A DNA stretch of 64,000 nucleotides from Macrostomum hystrix (Eukaryota > Animalia > Platyhelminthes): positions 18,910,001 through 18,974,000 of the forward strand of contig CATNEN010000001.1 of the NCBI GenBank assembly GCA_950097015.1, given 5' to 3'. The first letter of the stretch is position 1. Every line of letters begins with the position of its first letter. Below are positions 1-11,099 of this stretch, one piece after another. The notes under the pieces were generated by a model, which saw nothing but the letters and a program-made list of their open reading frames with translations, did not search any database and was not told the DNA's origin. Made by a program: the position numbers and the translations under genes.

Positions 1-540
1 CATCGACAGGTATCGACGCTTCCATCGTTAAGTATCAACGCTTCCATCGACAGGTATCGACGCTTCCATAGTTAAGTATCAACGCTTCCATCGACAGGTA
101 TCGACGCTTCCATCGTTAAGTATCAACGCTTCCATCGACAGGTATCGACGCTTCCATCGTTAAGTATCAAAGCTTCCATCGACAGGTATCGACGCTTCCA
201 TCGTTAAGTATCAACGCTTCCATCGACAGGTATCGACGCTTCCATCGTTAAGTATCAACGCTTCCATCGACAGGTATCGACGCTTCCATAGTTAAGTATC
301 AACGCTTCCATCGACAGGTATCGACGCTTCCATCGTTAAGTATCAACGCTTCCATCGACAGGTATCGACGCTTCCATCGACAGGAATCAACGCTTCCATC
401 GACAGGAATCGACGCTTCCATCGTTAAGTATCAACGCTTCCATCGACAGGTATCGACGCTTCCATCGACAGGAATCAACGCTTCCATCGACAGGTATCGA
501 CGCTTCCATCGTTAAGTATCGACCTTCCTCGTTATATCGT
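1..540. repeat. Tandem repeat, 44-bp dimer of two related 22-bp units (CATCGACAGGTATCGACGCTTC / CATCGTTAAGTATCAACGCTTC), truncated by window start
   Basis: Direct reading: alternating 22-bp subunits to ~540. Confidence 0.95.
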
Positions 541-1335
541 CGCTTCCATCGTCTAGATACCAGAAATTTACTATTTACTATTCAAGCTCGAATAAGCATT
601 GAAGCCACAAAGCCAAAAATGTTAAAAGAATATATACGCTCGTATATTGCAAACGCAAACTCGTTGATCAATTTTCGCATTTTAAACAGAATGATAATAG
701 CAGATAAAATAAAGAGATGTGTTCTGTTTATTCTCGTTTTGCAGCATTTTAATATAACAAACACAGCATTGTTACGAAGCAGAGTTTTAGAGAGTTTCAA
801 GAGAAAAAATGCATGTCTTGAACGTCTCTTAGGCTGGTAAATGTGTTGTAATTAATTTTTAACAAAGAGCAAGACTACCAATGCACTTGCTTATCCCGGG
901 TGGTTGAATGTGCAAATCGTAACAAATAGCTTTCAGTCGAATGCATTTCAAGCAAAAAAGCACCGACGTCATTAGAATTTGCAAACCTTAGGATATTTAC
1001 GCAGCGCTTGAAGTGCAACTTCCCATGGAAGTTAAATTGCAGTTTCCTGCAGGGATTTACGAATAAAATGTACGTTTTGTGTCGTCTAAAAACTCGGACT
1101 TTAAGCTAAAACTACCTGTCTTATATTCAAACAATCCAAAACATACTTAAAACTTGCCTAAAATAAGGCGAGCTGAAATAAAGTTCTCTGGGTTCATTTT
1201 GTCCATGTACGAGCGTATCTTGAGTATTGTTTAAAAGTAAAGCCAATGATTACATAACGCTTAATTGTTCGAGTCGTAAATAGAGTTTGAAAATATAATC
1301 TTTCACAATGTTAATAGTGGCACACTCTTGTTCAC

Positions 1336-3272
1336 TTAGACCACCTTGTTCTTGTTCTTGCGACACAGGTGCACAGAGAAGTCCAAGATTAGAACCTGAA
1401 AGATGATATTGAAATGCACATTTTGTAGAGAGCGGTGACAGACAGAGCTGATATACAGAGAAATTCTATCGTAGCAGTAAACAAGACGGGAGAAACTGAC
1501 CTGGAGCAGAATAATGGCTGCGGTTCCCAGGGCGGCATAGACGATGTTGACCTGCACGACGGTGTCGATGAGATTGTAGCAGCCGATGTTCCAGTTGGAA
1601 TAGACGGCGTTTGTGTGGTTGGTCTGCAGACAGGCACTTATGTTGGTCGTCTTGCAGCAGGTCAGCGGGTAGGCTATTGCTGAAAACAATTGTGTTCTTT
1701 GTTGAATTGCGTCACGGATATTCTGACCCAGATAAATAAATAATCTAAATAACTAGATTTTCTGAAAAGTTTCCGATTAATATTGTTTCATATCCCTCAT
1801 TCTAAGAACTTGCGTTGTCCGCCTTGGAAATATGAACTTGGAAAAATTAAAATATTTCCCGGAAAACGACACTTTTTCCAAGAAACTTAATTTTATTCTA
1901 TTGTGCTATTAGTTTTCTCCGAAATTATAGTTTTCTCCGAGTACCTTTATGCAATATTGTAATCTTACGGTTATAGTAGGCTCCGCTGTAGTTGACGTAT
2001 CGCGGCCAGCTAGTGGAAGTCTTAAAGTCGGAGCCGTTGTTGATGCCGCAGCAGGACAGGCTTAAGTGGAAGACATTCCACAGTACAGTCTCCATGTTGG
2101 TATTATTGAAGCCTGTGTACTTCGTGTTGATGGTCTGCTGCATGTACTCCTTGGCTTTGCTGGCGAACTGTGCAAACAGATGTGAGTGTGACAGTTATTG
2201 CACTTTGTGAGATAAGAGGTTGTAGCCTAGTGGTTAGGGCGTTGGACTCATGACTTAAAGGTCAAGGGTTCGATTCCCGACTCTGATGGAACAATTAGAG
2301 TCCTTTAGCAAGACACTTAACTCTGCATTACTTCAGTTCACCTAGCTGTTCTATGGGAACCAGCATCAGCTGGGGTAATTGAATGTGGGTGTGGCGTCCC
2401 CCCCCAGTCCATGGACTGAACAGCTGTACGCAGCCTTCAGATGAGTCGCGAAATATCTGGCCCGATTTGGGCAGGTTTACGCCGCAGGTTTGCCAGGGGC
2501 AGGTTTTTATTATTACCATTGTTTAGTAAAAGCCTGATTTACTATTTATTTAAATGGTCTCAGAACCAACTCAAGACACTCACCGTGTCCCTAGCGGCGT
2601 AGTACACAATCACGAGGGTCAGCTGACCAAGGATCAGCACGGCTAGGATAACAATGTACTGAAAGTTCGGTGAGGGACACGTTTGTACAATGCTTCTTTG
2701 TTTGTTCGTTTCAAAATAAACTCAACACAATGTGCTTATTTTGTGAGCCAACTTACAATGACCAGGGCGCACTTGTTCTCGCAGCAGATGGCAACGAGGC
2801 CAAGGATGCCAACTCCGGCCATCACGCCGCCCATGATGATGAACACCACCGGTACATTGCCTAAATGCGGGAGTTCACAGCGATTCTGAGATGCTTCTTA
2901 TGAATTTCGGGAACTGTTTGTCTTATAAAGAAACTTTCCTTACCTGTGATGGACGGCAGGTAGCTGATATAGTCGTTAATGTTGAACGGTTGTGCCCCAG
3001 CAGCTGACAGGGAAGTAGAAAATTGTTCTGTGTACGGCTCAATATATTTCACCAGAACCGCCATGCCGAATTGTAGAATGAAGCCGACGATCATGAGCAC
3101 AATGCCCAGGATCTGAAGGACCGAAAATAAGCTTCAGTGACACTCTAAATTTCTATCAGTAAGAAAAACAAAATCGAACAAAAAAATCTATAAATATGAC
3201 TGAGATTGCACTCACCATGAACACGATCGACAGTATACCTGTCAAAATCTTCATAAAAGCCTTGACGCACAT
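1336..3272 (-). CDS. Tetraspanin, 7 coding exons, 280 aa
   Basis: Exons (- strand): 3272-3216, 3112-2944, 2860-2757, 2658-2584, 2167-1969, 1679-1501, 1395-1336. All GT-AG, phases consistent, 843 nt total. Starts MCVKAFMKILTGILSIVFM. Four hydrophobic helices; large extracellular loop with CCG (LSCCGIN), PxxCC (YPLTCCK) and GC (NIGCY) motifs; short basic tail. Confidence 0.95.
2216..2520 (+). mobile_element. tRNA-derived SINE with CORE-like central domain (family A), in tetraspanin intron 4
   Basis: Pol III A-box TAGCCTAGTGG and B-box GGTTCGATTCC. Followed by GTCCTTTAGCAAGACACTTAACTCT...CAGTTCACCTAGCTGT (resembles the CORE-SINE domain), then GGGTGTGGCGTCCCCCC shared with other copies. Confidence 0.8.
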
Positions 3273-4026
3273 TTTCTGTTACTTATTGGACTGTTTTTTA
3301 GTTGCAAAAGTGAGCTCAGGAAAGCAGCAAAAGCAGCAGTTTCAAGTAGAGCAGATTTTTCCCACCCGTTCTCCTGCGCCGCCTGAGCTCTCCTTAATTT
3401 ATGCGGAGCTAGTTGAGAACCGCGAGAATAGAGAGAGAGGAGAGTGGGGCAGGTCAGGCACCGCGTAGGAGGTTGGCGTGAGTGCGTCAGTGGCTATGAT
3501 GATTGGAGTGGGGTGGTCGGTGGAGCAACGCCCTTGGATACGGGGGGCGCTGTCAACAAATAACAATTAACTGGAAGGCTGAGAATGGACTCAGAAATAG
3601 CCATCTGTACAGTTGCAGAAGATGTCTGCCCCGTGCGCCTGTCCCAGGAAGCCGTGCAAGAAAAACTAGGAAAAGGTAGGCAGATGAGGGCAATGTCTAT
3701 GAAATAGTTGACTTTGTACCACCCCACTTGGAGGCTAATTCTCATAGTTGGCAAGGCAGAGTTGATACACGGGGTGAGAAAGTCTAATTGGAAGAAGATG
3801 CACAATGGACATGTGAAAAGTTGTGCATATTATGGCAGCGTAGGTCGCTCAGTAGCCATAAGCTATCAAGGTTGAACTAAGAGATCGCATGAGAGCGATT
3901 CAGTCTGGCCTCATAAACCAATAAGGAATGCTGCCCTGGCAATAAATGCTATAAAATTGCTCCATTGTAAACAGCTATTTTAGCTAGCCCTTCGTGCGAA
4001 TCGCGTCTCGTGGATAGGATGGTTCA

Positions 4027-4216
4027 GGGGGCTGTAGCCTAGTGGTTAGAGCGTTGGACTCACGACTTGAAGGTCAAGGGTTCGAACCCGACTGCACTGA
4101 AACAATTTGGGCACTTCGTAAGACACTTACGAGCGTAATTCTGCCTTCATTCAGTTCATCCAGCTAGTTTTGGTAATTAGGCTTGTGTGGCGTCCCCCCA
4201 GTCCGTGGACTGAACA
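4027..4216 (+). mobile_element. tRNA-derived SINE, family A, second copy
   Basis: GGGGCTGTAGCCTAGTGGTTAGAGCGTTGGACTCACGACTTGAAGGTCAAGGGTTCGAACCCGACT is clearly homologous to the 2216 copy, including the downstream AAGACACTTA and GTGTGGCGTCCCCCCAGTCC segments. Confidence 0.8.
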
Positions 4217-4809
4217 TTCAGTTAAAATATTGAGCAATTGTAATCATAGTTAGGTCTATTTTCTGTTCGGTTGTATTTGTTTTGACTTTAATTTTTTGAT
4301 TAAGTTAGGTAAACCATTTTTATAATAGAATTTTACAAAGTAAAGTAACTAAATTGATTTCGTAAATAGTTCGTTTAGTTTCGTTTAGTTTTGGACGAGA
4401 ATTTAATTCTTTTAGGCTAGGCTTTTTGTCGGACAACAGAAGTCTACATAGAGTGGAAATCCTAGATTTTATTCTAACCAGTCTCTTCTATAATTATCTT
4501 ATAATTACGCCTCCAACACAAACATTTGCTTGCTAGCTCGCTGTTTCAAAATTAAGAAGCCTTTAATGAGATGAGAATTCGTCTCTCTCTGTTTCATCCA
4601 GTGAATCAAAGCAGACTGCAGACAAATACAAAACTTAGCCTCAGTGTTGCTGGCAACCATTGTCAAGACAGATGGCACTTAGTAATCGTTGAGTTCGGTA
4701 GAACTTGATGCCATTTTTAGCAACACTGGCCTGCGGCTATTCTACAATGACCCTTCTCACACCCCACGCAACGATTAGTAAGCAGAAAATAGTGAGTCAT
4801 TCGAAGTAC

Positions 4810-4997
<188 letters not shown>

Positions 4998-5023
4998 GAG
5001 CTCGTATCTACCCACAATTTTTT

Positions 5024-5975
5024 GAGAATCGCCCACACTTTCAGAGAATCGACCACATTTTCAAAGAATCGACCACACTTTCAGAGAATCGACCACATTT
5101 TCACAGAATCGACCACATTTTCACAGAATCGCCAACATTTTCAGAGAATCGACCACACTTTCAGAGAATCGACCACATTTTCAGAGAATTGACCACACTT
5201 CCAGAGATTCGACCACACTTTCAGAGAATCGACCACATTTTCAGAGAATCGACCACACTTTCAGAGATTCGACCACACTTTTAGAGAATCGACCACATTT
5301 TCAGAGAATCGACCACACTTTCAGAGAATCGACCACATTTTCACAGAATCGACCACATTTTCACAGAATCGACCACATTTTCACAGAATCGACCACATTT
5401 TCAGAGAATCGACCACACTTTCAGAGAATCGACCACATTTTCAGAGAATCGACCACACTTCCAGAGATTCGACCACACTTTCAGAGAATCGACCACATTT
5501 TCAGAGAATCGACCACATTTTCAGAGAATTGACCACACTTCCAGAGATTCGACCACACTTTTAGAGAATCGACCACATTTTCAGAGAATCGACCACACTT
5601 TCAGAGAATCGACCACATTTTCACAGAATCGACCACATTTTCACAGAATCGCCAACATTTTCAGAGAATCGACCACACTTTCAGAGAATCGACCACACTT
5701 TCAGAGAATCGACCACACTTTCAGAGAATCGACCACGCTTTCAGAGAATCGACCACATTTTCACAGAATCGACCACACTTTCAGAGAATCGACCACACTT
5801 TCAGAGAATCGACCACACCTTCAGAGAATCGACCACACTTTCAGAGAATTGACCACATTTTCACAGAATCGACCACACTTTCAGAGAATCGACCACACTT
5901 TCAGAGAATCGACCACACTTTCAGAGAATCGACCACGCTTTCAGAGAATCGACCACACTTTCAGAGAATCGACAA
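5024..5975. repeat. 20-bp minisatellite (GAGAATCGACCACAYTTTCA)
   Basis: Direct reading, ~47 units. Confidence 0.97.
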
Positions 5976-6387
5976 TCAGAATCATAAAAATTCCTAAAAG
6001 TCTTAAATATGAATTTGCATGCAGCCAAGTAACTCAAGGTTTCTCAACAATCTAATAAAAAATATACTGATTGGGTGTATGAGCAACGTGCGTACTGTTT
6101 CGCTTATCCAACTACTGTTTATTTCTTAGCATAGTAGTACTGTGCGTATATTAATAAATATTTACACAGATAATTAGAGAGCTAATAAAACGGTTCCAAT
6201 GCTTCATAATTGATGCGTTAATGGCTGTTGTCAAGTTGTTCTCATTCTCGAAGTGTCAAGGATAAATTATTCACACTCTTGGCTCTTAATAACTTTATGC
6301 AGCCGGCGCTCCGTCTCTGCCATACTTTCTCGGACCAAAATTTTCTGAAAATTTGTTATAAAGTTCAATAAGACGAGAAATTATGGT

Positions 6388-9300
6388 CTATTTCCCCCGT
6401 ATAACTACCATGTCATATTTCTTCGTCCATTTCTGACTTACGTCGTTTCTCATTAAAGTCGTCACCATGGAAACAGTCTCTGGGTAGTTGCAGATGACAT
6501 TGCGATGTTTGTGAATAATCCGTACCAGCAGATTCTTGTCTTGACAGAACTGCAGCGTCGTCAGCAGATCCTGTACATCGGCGTTATCTCGCTCGTGCAG
6601 TCCCTGAAACCAATCTCTGGCTGTGGCTTCGCTGGCCAACCGCAAGTGAAATCTCAGACACATTGCAAGAGCTCGAAAGTTAATGTAGTACCATTCATCA
6701 TAGCCAATGACGATAGGAAAGTGACAGCTGATACAGTCGGGTAGAAAAGCATCAAAGCTTGGACGTTTGTTGAATCGAAAGCAGAATTTCCACGCGCTGT
6801 CTGATTGCTGAAGGTGTTGCCAAACTTCTGCTCTTGACAACAGCGAAGCTGGAACGCCTTCTGCTGTGTCATCGTGATCCTCCATGCTGAGCCTTGTCAG
6901 CGCCTCCACGGCTGCAGAAGCGCTGCTTAACTTCAGGCTGTAAAGTGCCATCAAGCATTGCCTGGCTGTGACAGCACAGCTTGGCAGCCTTTTTATCTTT
7001 TTCAAGCATTCTGGTGCGTCGGAAAGGATACCCATATCCGTCAGCTTTAGAAGTACGCTCTTCACAACATCGTAGATCTCGTGATAAGCCAGGTTTCCAA
7101 ATTGAGAAGAGACAGGTCGCTGCGTCAGGTTCGGAATGATCAGAAATGGGTGAAAGTGAAAGTCGTTGCCTCTCAGAGAACGCAGTGTCAATTTGAACTG
7201 CCCGAGAAGAGACGGTAGCCGGTCCATGGCCTCACTCACTAGTCTGGCCAATGCATCTTTGTTGGCGTGCCCCGATTTCAGATACAGCCACGCATCCTGC
7301 AAGAAGAAGTGCCGCATACACCGATCTGGATGCGAAGTGTCCCGAAGATAGTCAAGAAGCTTTCTGAGGCCCTCCCTGACTAGAGAGGCCAGTTGGCAAG
7401 GCTGCCAATTTTCGCTGGCTTTTTCGTCCAACAAAGAAAACACTAGAGTCTTGACGTGGTAGGTTTTTAGACCTTGAGGCAGTGGCGAGATGATCCTCTT
7501 TACGATGTACTTTAGTAGTACAAAGACTTGACCCTGTTCGCTGGTGAGGCTACGCATGAGCCTTCGTTCAAGGAAGTTGGTGCTCACCCGGAGCCTCTGA
7601 CCGGCTTGTCCAGGTGGCGCAGCTGCCACCAAATGGCAGGTCGAGCCAGCTAGTTCTCGGCGAAGCGATCGAAGCACCGAGCGTCGAATATGCGTCCGTC
7701 GATAATGCGTCTGAAGCAGAGCTATTCGCGGATACCGACAGCACGGGTAGGCCCACACTCGATCGCTGGCTGGCCTCAGAATTGAGCCCATCCACGCTTG
7801 CGCAGGATTCGATGCTGCGTTACAGTGAAGAGAGAGTGGCAGTGAACGTTTGAGTATTGGTTTCCTTTTTGAGGGACATTGGTTGCAGCTGCCTGGTTCT
7901 CTGCTAAAGGGAGACATTGGTTGCCTGCTCGGGGGACACTGGTTACCTGGTTGGGGATATTGTTTGCTTGCTTGGTACACTTTTATTGCTTGCTATGAGG
8001 AAGAATTGGTTTCGTGCTTTAGGGCATCGGTGCCGCATTTTTCTGCTAAAGGGGGCATTGGTTGCCTGCTAGGGACTTTGGCTGCTTGCTTGAGAAACAT
8101 AGGTGGCCTGCCGGGGAAGAATGATTGCCTTCTTGAGGCACTTCAGCTGCGTTTGCCTGATTCTGAGTTAAAGGAAGGATTAGCTAATTATGAGGGAATT
8201 GATTAGTTTAAACTGCCCTCGAGGGGGCTTGAATTGCTAGTCTCAACTCTATAAATAAAAATATAAGCTCACCTACTCCGGTGCAGACAACGTGGCCATT
8301 GCTGTAATCTACCATCTCCTCCAGTTGAGGCACATTTTTGCAACGGCATCGACCGCGAATATGAAACAAGCGATGTCGGACGAGCTCTGTGACATCAATG
8401 TCTGAGTCTAAATCTGTTTGACCGTTCAAGCTAGTGAGGCAGTTGCCCCAGCCTTCAGAGAAGCTGCCGACAATGTTTGTGATGTATTCGGCTGAGCGGT
8501 ATCGCAGTATGCTCTGAAGAATCTTAGAAATTGTCGCCTGAAGAGCTGCTCGTTCAGCTACGAAGCCAGCCTTAATCATGGACGCATTCAGCTGCATGCT
8601 GATTGTAGACTCACTGTGTGTAGTGGTTGTGATTAGCTAGTTTTTATGTGCATGAATCGCATTCAAAGACATTCGAATAGACAGACTTTACCTCGACAAT
8701 TCTCCCCAAGACTCAGGGTAGGCGAGACATCGACTTAATGCTTTAAGTGATTTGCATTCATCTAAAACACAATGAAAAATTTGGCCACGCATCAGAGACA
8801 CCACTTTGCATTGACCAAACCATCCAGCAACTTCTACCGCGTTAGCACCTCCAACATCAACCGCGTGCGGGTCGCAGCCCTCTGTTAGCAACCATTTGAC
8901 AGTCCCTTCGTGGCCCATCGAAGCGGCCCAGTGCAGTGGCGTCGCTCCGGTTTGGTCTCTCGGATTCAACTCAGCTCCGGCAGCAACCAAAGTAGCTGCG
9001 GCTCTTGAGTGGCCGTGCTGAGCGGCCAAATGGAGCGGCGTCCGACCCCAAAGATCTGGCAGGTTGGGATCAGCAGACGCGAGTGACGTGAGGTGGATCA
9101 GCACCTTCTCATGCCCGAATCTGGCAGCCACGTGAGCCGGAGTCCAGGCGTTGTCTTGTCGACACAAGCAGCAGTCAGCTGTGCCAACAAGACATTGTAC
9201 AGCGTCAGCGTTGCCGCACTCAGCGGCCACATAAACGGGTGTCATGCCATCCTTGTCTTGCAGGTTGGAATCCGCCTGCGCAGCAGCAAGCAGTCGAACT

Positions 9301-9563
9301 ACATCCGTGTGACCGTAGCGACAAGCCAGGTGCAAAGGAGTCCAACCACCAAACTTCTGACAGTCAAGCGTTGCCATAAATTCTATCAGTAGTTGAACCT
9401 CAGCTGAATGGCCTCTGCTAGAAGCTCGATGCAGTGCCGACCTGCAGCTATCTTGGTCCAGGCCGTCCACGTGCATTCCAGCAAGTAGAGCTCGCCTGAG
9501 CTCTTCTAGTCGACCATCGCGAGCTGCTTCGAGAAATTTTTTGAGTCTGTTTGCTTCTGACAT
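6388..9563 (-). CDS. Ankyrin-repeat + Mab-21/cGAS-like nucleotidyltransferase (cGLR) fusion, 3 exons, 879 aa
   Basis: Exons 9563-8692, 8613-8273, 7814-6388 (872+341+1427 = 2640 nt; phases 2 and 1 match; GT-AG). N-terminus has ~8 ankyrin repeats (GWTPLHLAC, GRTPLHLAA, GATPLHWAA). NTase motif VGSFSEG...DSDIDV, third Asp in SDRVWAYPC. Mab-21 motifs RLRVSTNFLERRLM, FVLLKYI, LKTYHVKTLVF, CMRHFFL. Then a ~250-aa C-terminal extension. Confidence 0.9.
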
Positions 9564-10004
9564 TTGATTTCTAATACACTCGTACTTGTAGCAAAACTTG
9601 CGGCAATCTAGCAATTAGTAGCTTAAAATAGTTGAAAGGCTCTGACGTATAATAGTAGGGCTATACTACTCAAATGAGTTGACAATTAAGAGCCAAGACT
9701 CCATAAGTATTTATACTGCTCCAGTTCATAGTATTTATTCACTGCTTATTACTGTATCCCTATTTTGTTAACATACTCGTACACTCGGAAAAATTTCTTT
9801 AAGAGAAAGGGTACAGTTAAGAGCGTTCTAAATTAGTCTCTGACGAGTGTTTATCTACAGGGAACAAACATTCGCAATCTGTTAACAGGCTCGCAGCTTA
9901 TGTGAGAAACAAGCATGCCAAAATGCACGAAGTTAGTATCTAGTACTACTATATGTTTCTATTAAGTAAAACCAATAGTATAAAGACCATTGCTAATTCC
10001 CACC

Positions 10005-10367
10005 CCTATAGAAACACCACGGGGGTATTTGAAATACCCGCTGCCTACTTCACGACAGCTTCCAAACCGAATGACCGATTTTCCTTAAAGTCCACCGTTC
10101 GTAGTGAATTTTTTCCTCTCTTCACGATGAACTATTTTTTAACGCCGTCAGACTTTAGCATCGTCGAGTTATTCAGCGATGATTCTTGTCACCCTGGTGA
10201 CAAGGAAGACTGACATTGTTCTGTATAATCCTCTATGGCAAATCCATATTACTTAAAAATGCTGAAATTCTGTGAGCACAAAAGTTATGCCTATATTGGT
10301 GGTTTTGCCACCAGGCACCCTGGCAAGAATCGTTGAATATCTCGACGATGCCATGGTCTTTCTACTG
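10005..10367. mobile_element. Degenerate non-autonomous DNA transposon (MITE), TTAA-associated family, copy 1
   Basis: Ends in TGGTCTTTCTACTG followed by TTAG; GGGTATTTGAAATACCC hairpin near the other end. Internal segments match 54670-54775 (reverse) and 61980-62072 (forward). Confidence 0.7.
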
Positions 10368-10927
10368 TTAGTAGAAGAGCCAAAAGACGGGGGACTATCG
10401 CAGCTAATGTTCGTCCACAAGTAGATTCGATGGCACAAATGGACAGGTGTCTTCTTGAAGTAGACATGAATGTGCCTTATTGAATTAATGAGGACATGAA
10501 GAAGTCAGAACCAAGGCATGGAGAGAGAAGAAAAAGGACATAATAATGACTTGTAGAGATGCAGGGTAGTCAGGGAGACAGCAGGCTGGTAGCGACTTCA
10601 TTGTCCATTCTCCTACTAGCGCGATGCTTTTTGAAGTCTCTCTGATGCGTTGCTTTTGGAAGGCGAAGAAGCGCTCGTGGGATGACTGGAAGGGTGAGCT
10701 GAAGCTACACGAGTGAACAATGAAAGGTGATGAGTTGAGGAGGTTGGGCGGCACAGGATTCATGAAACAGAAAACGAGGGAAGCCGGAGAGAGAAAAGGC
10801 GAGGCAGAGGGATCGGGGAGGTTGGGCAAAGGAAGTTACTCCGGGGTGGACACAGTGGGAAGAGAGGGTATTGCCAGACGAGAACAGGGAATTTGGAAGG
10901 CCGCAATGCGAGTAAAAAAGTCTTGCC

Positions 10928-10941
10928 GTTGCCTTAGCAAC
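10928..10941. promoter_or_regulatory. RFX X-box (GTTGCCTTAGCAAC)
   Basis: 14-bp imperfect palindrome matching the RFX consensus, 5 bp upstream of an ATG (10947) and ~160 bp upstream of the first resolved exon. Confidence 0.6.
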
Positions 10942-11099
10942 CGAAAATGGGAGACACGACGGAGGAAGAGACTAAGGCAAGAAGCGTGAATTAAAAAGCA
11001 CTTGATGGAGCGGATCTAGATATTCGTCGATTCTGTTATCTGCCGATCCGGGCTCAGAAGTTGACTTTAATTTGAGATCACAGACTTCAGTTGAGTCAG

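Noticed and set aside
4027-4100. Functional tRNA-Val(CAC), or tRNA-Met(CAT) at 2216
   Set aside because: Acceptor and anticodon stems do not pair, and homology between copies continues well past the tRNA-like part; these are SINE heads.
7815-7980. N-terminal ~55 aa of the 530-aa ORF
   Set aside because: Lies in cGLR intron 2 (degenerate direct repeats, polypyrimidine tract and cag acceptor at 7815); open frame is incidental.
10253-10989. Short ORFs between the cGLR and TASPEK genes
   Set aside because: No recognisable domain or consistent exon chain; part overlaps a MITE.
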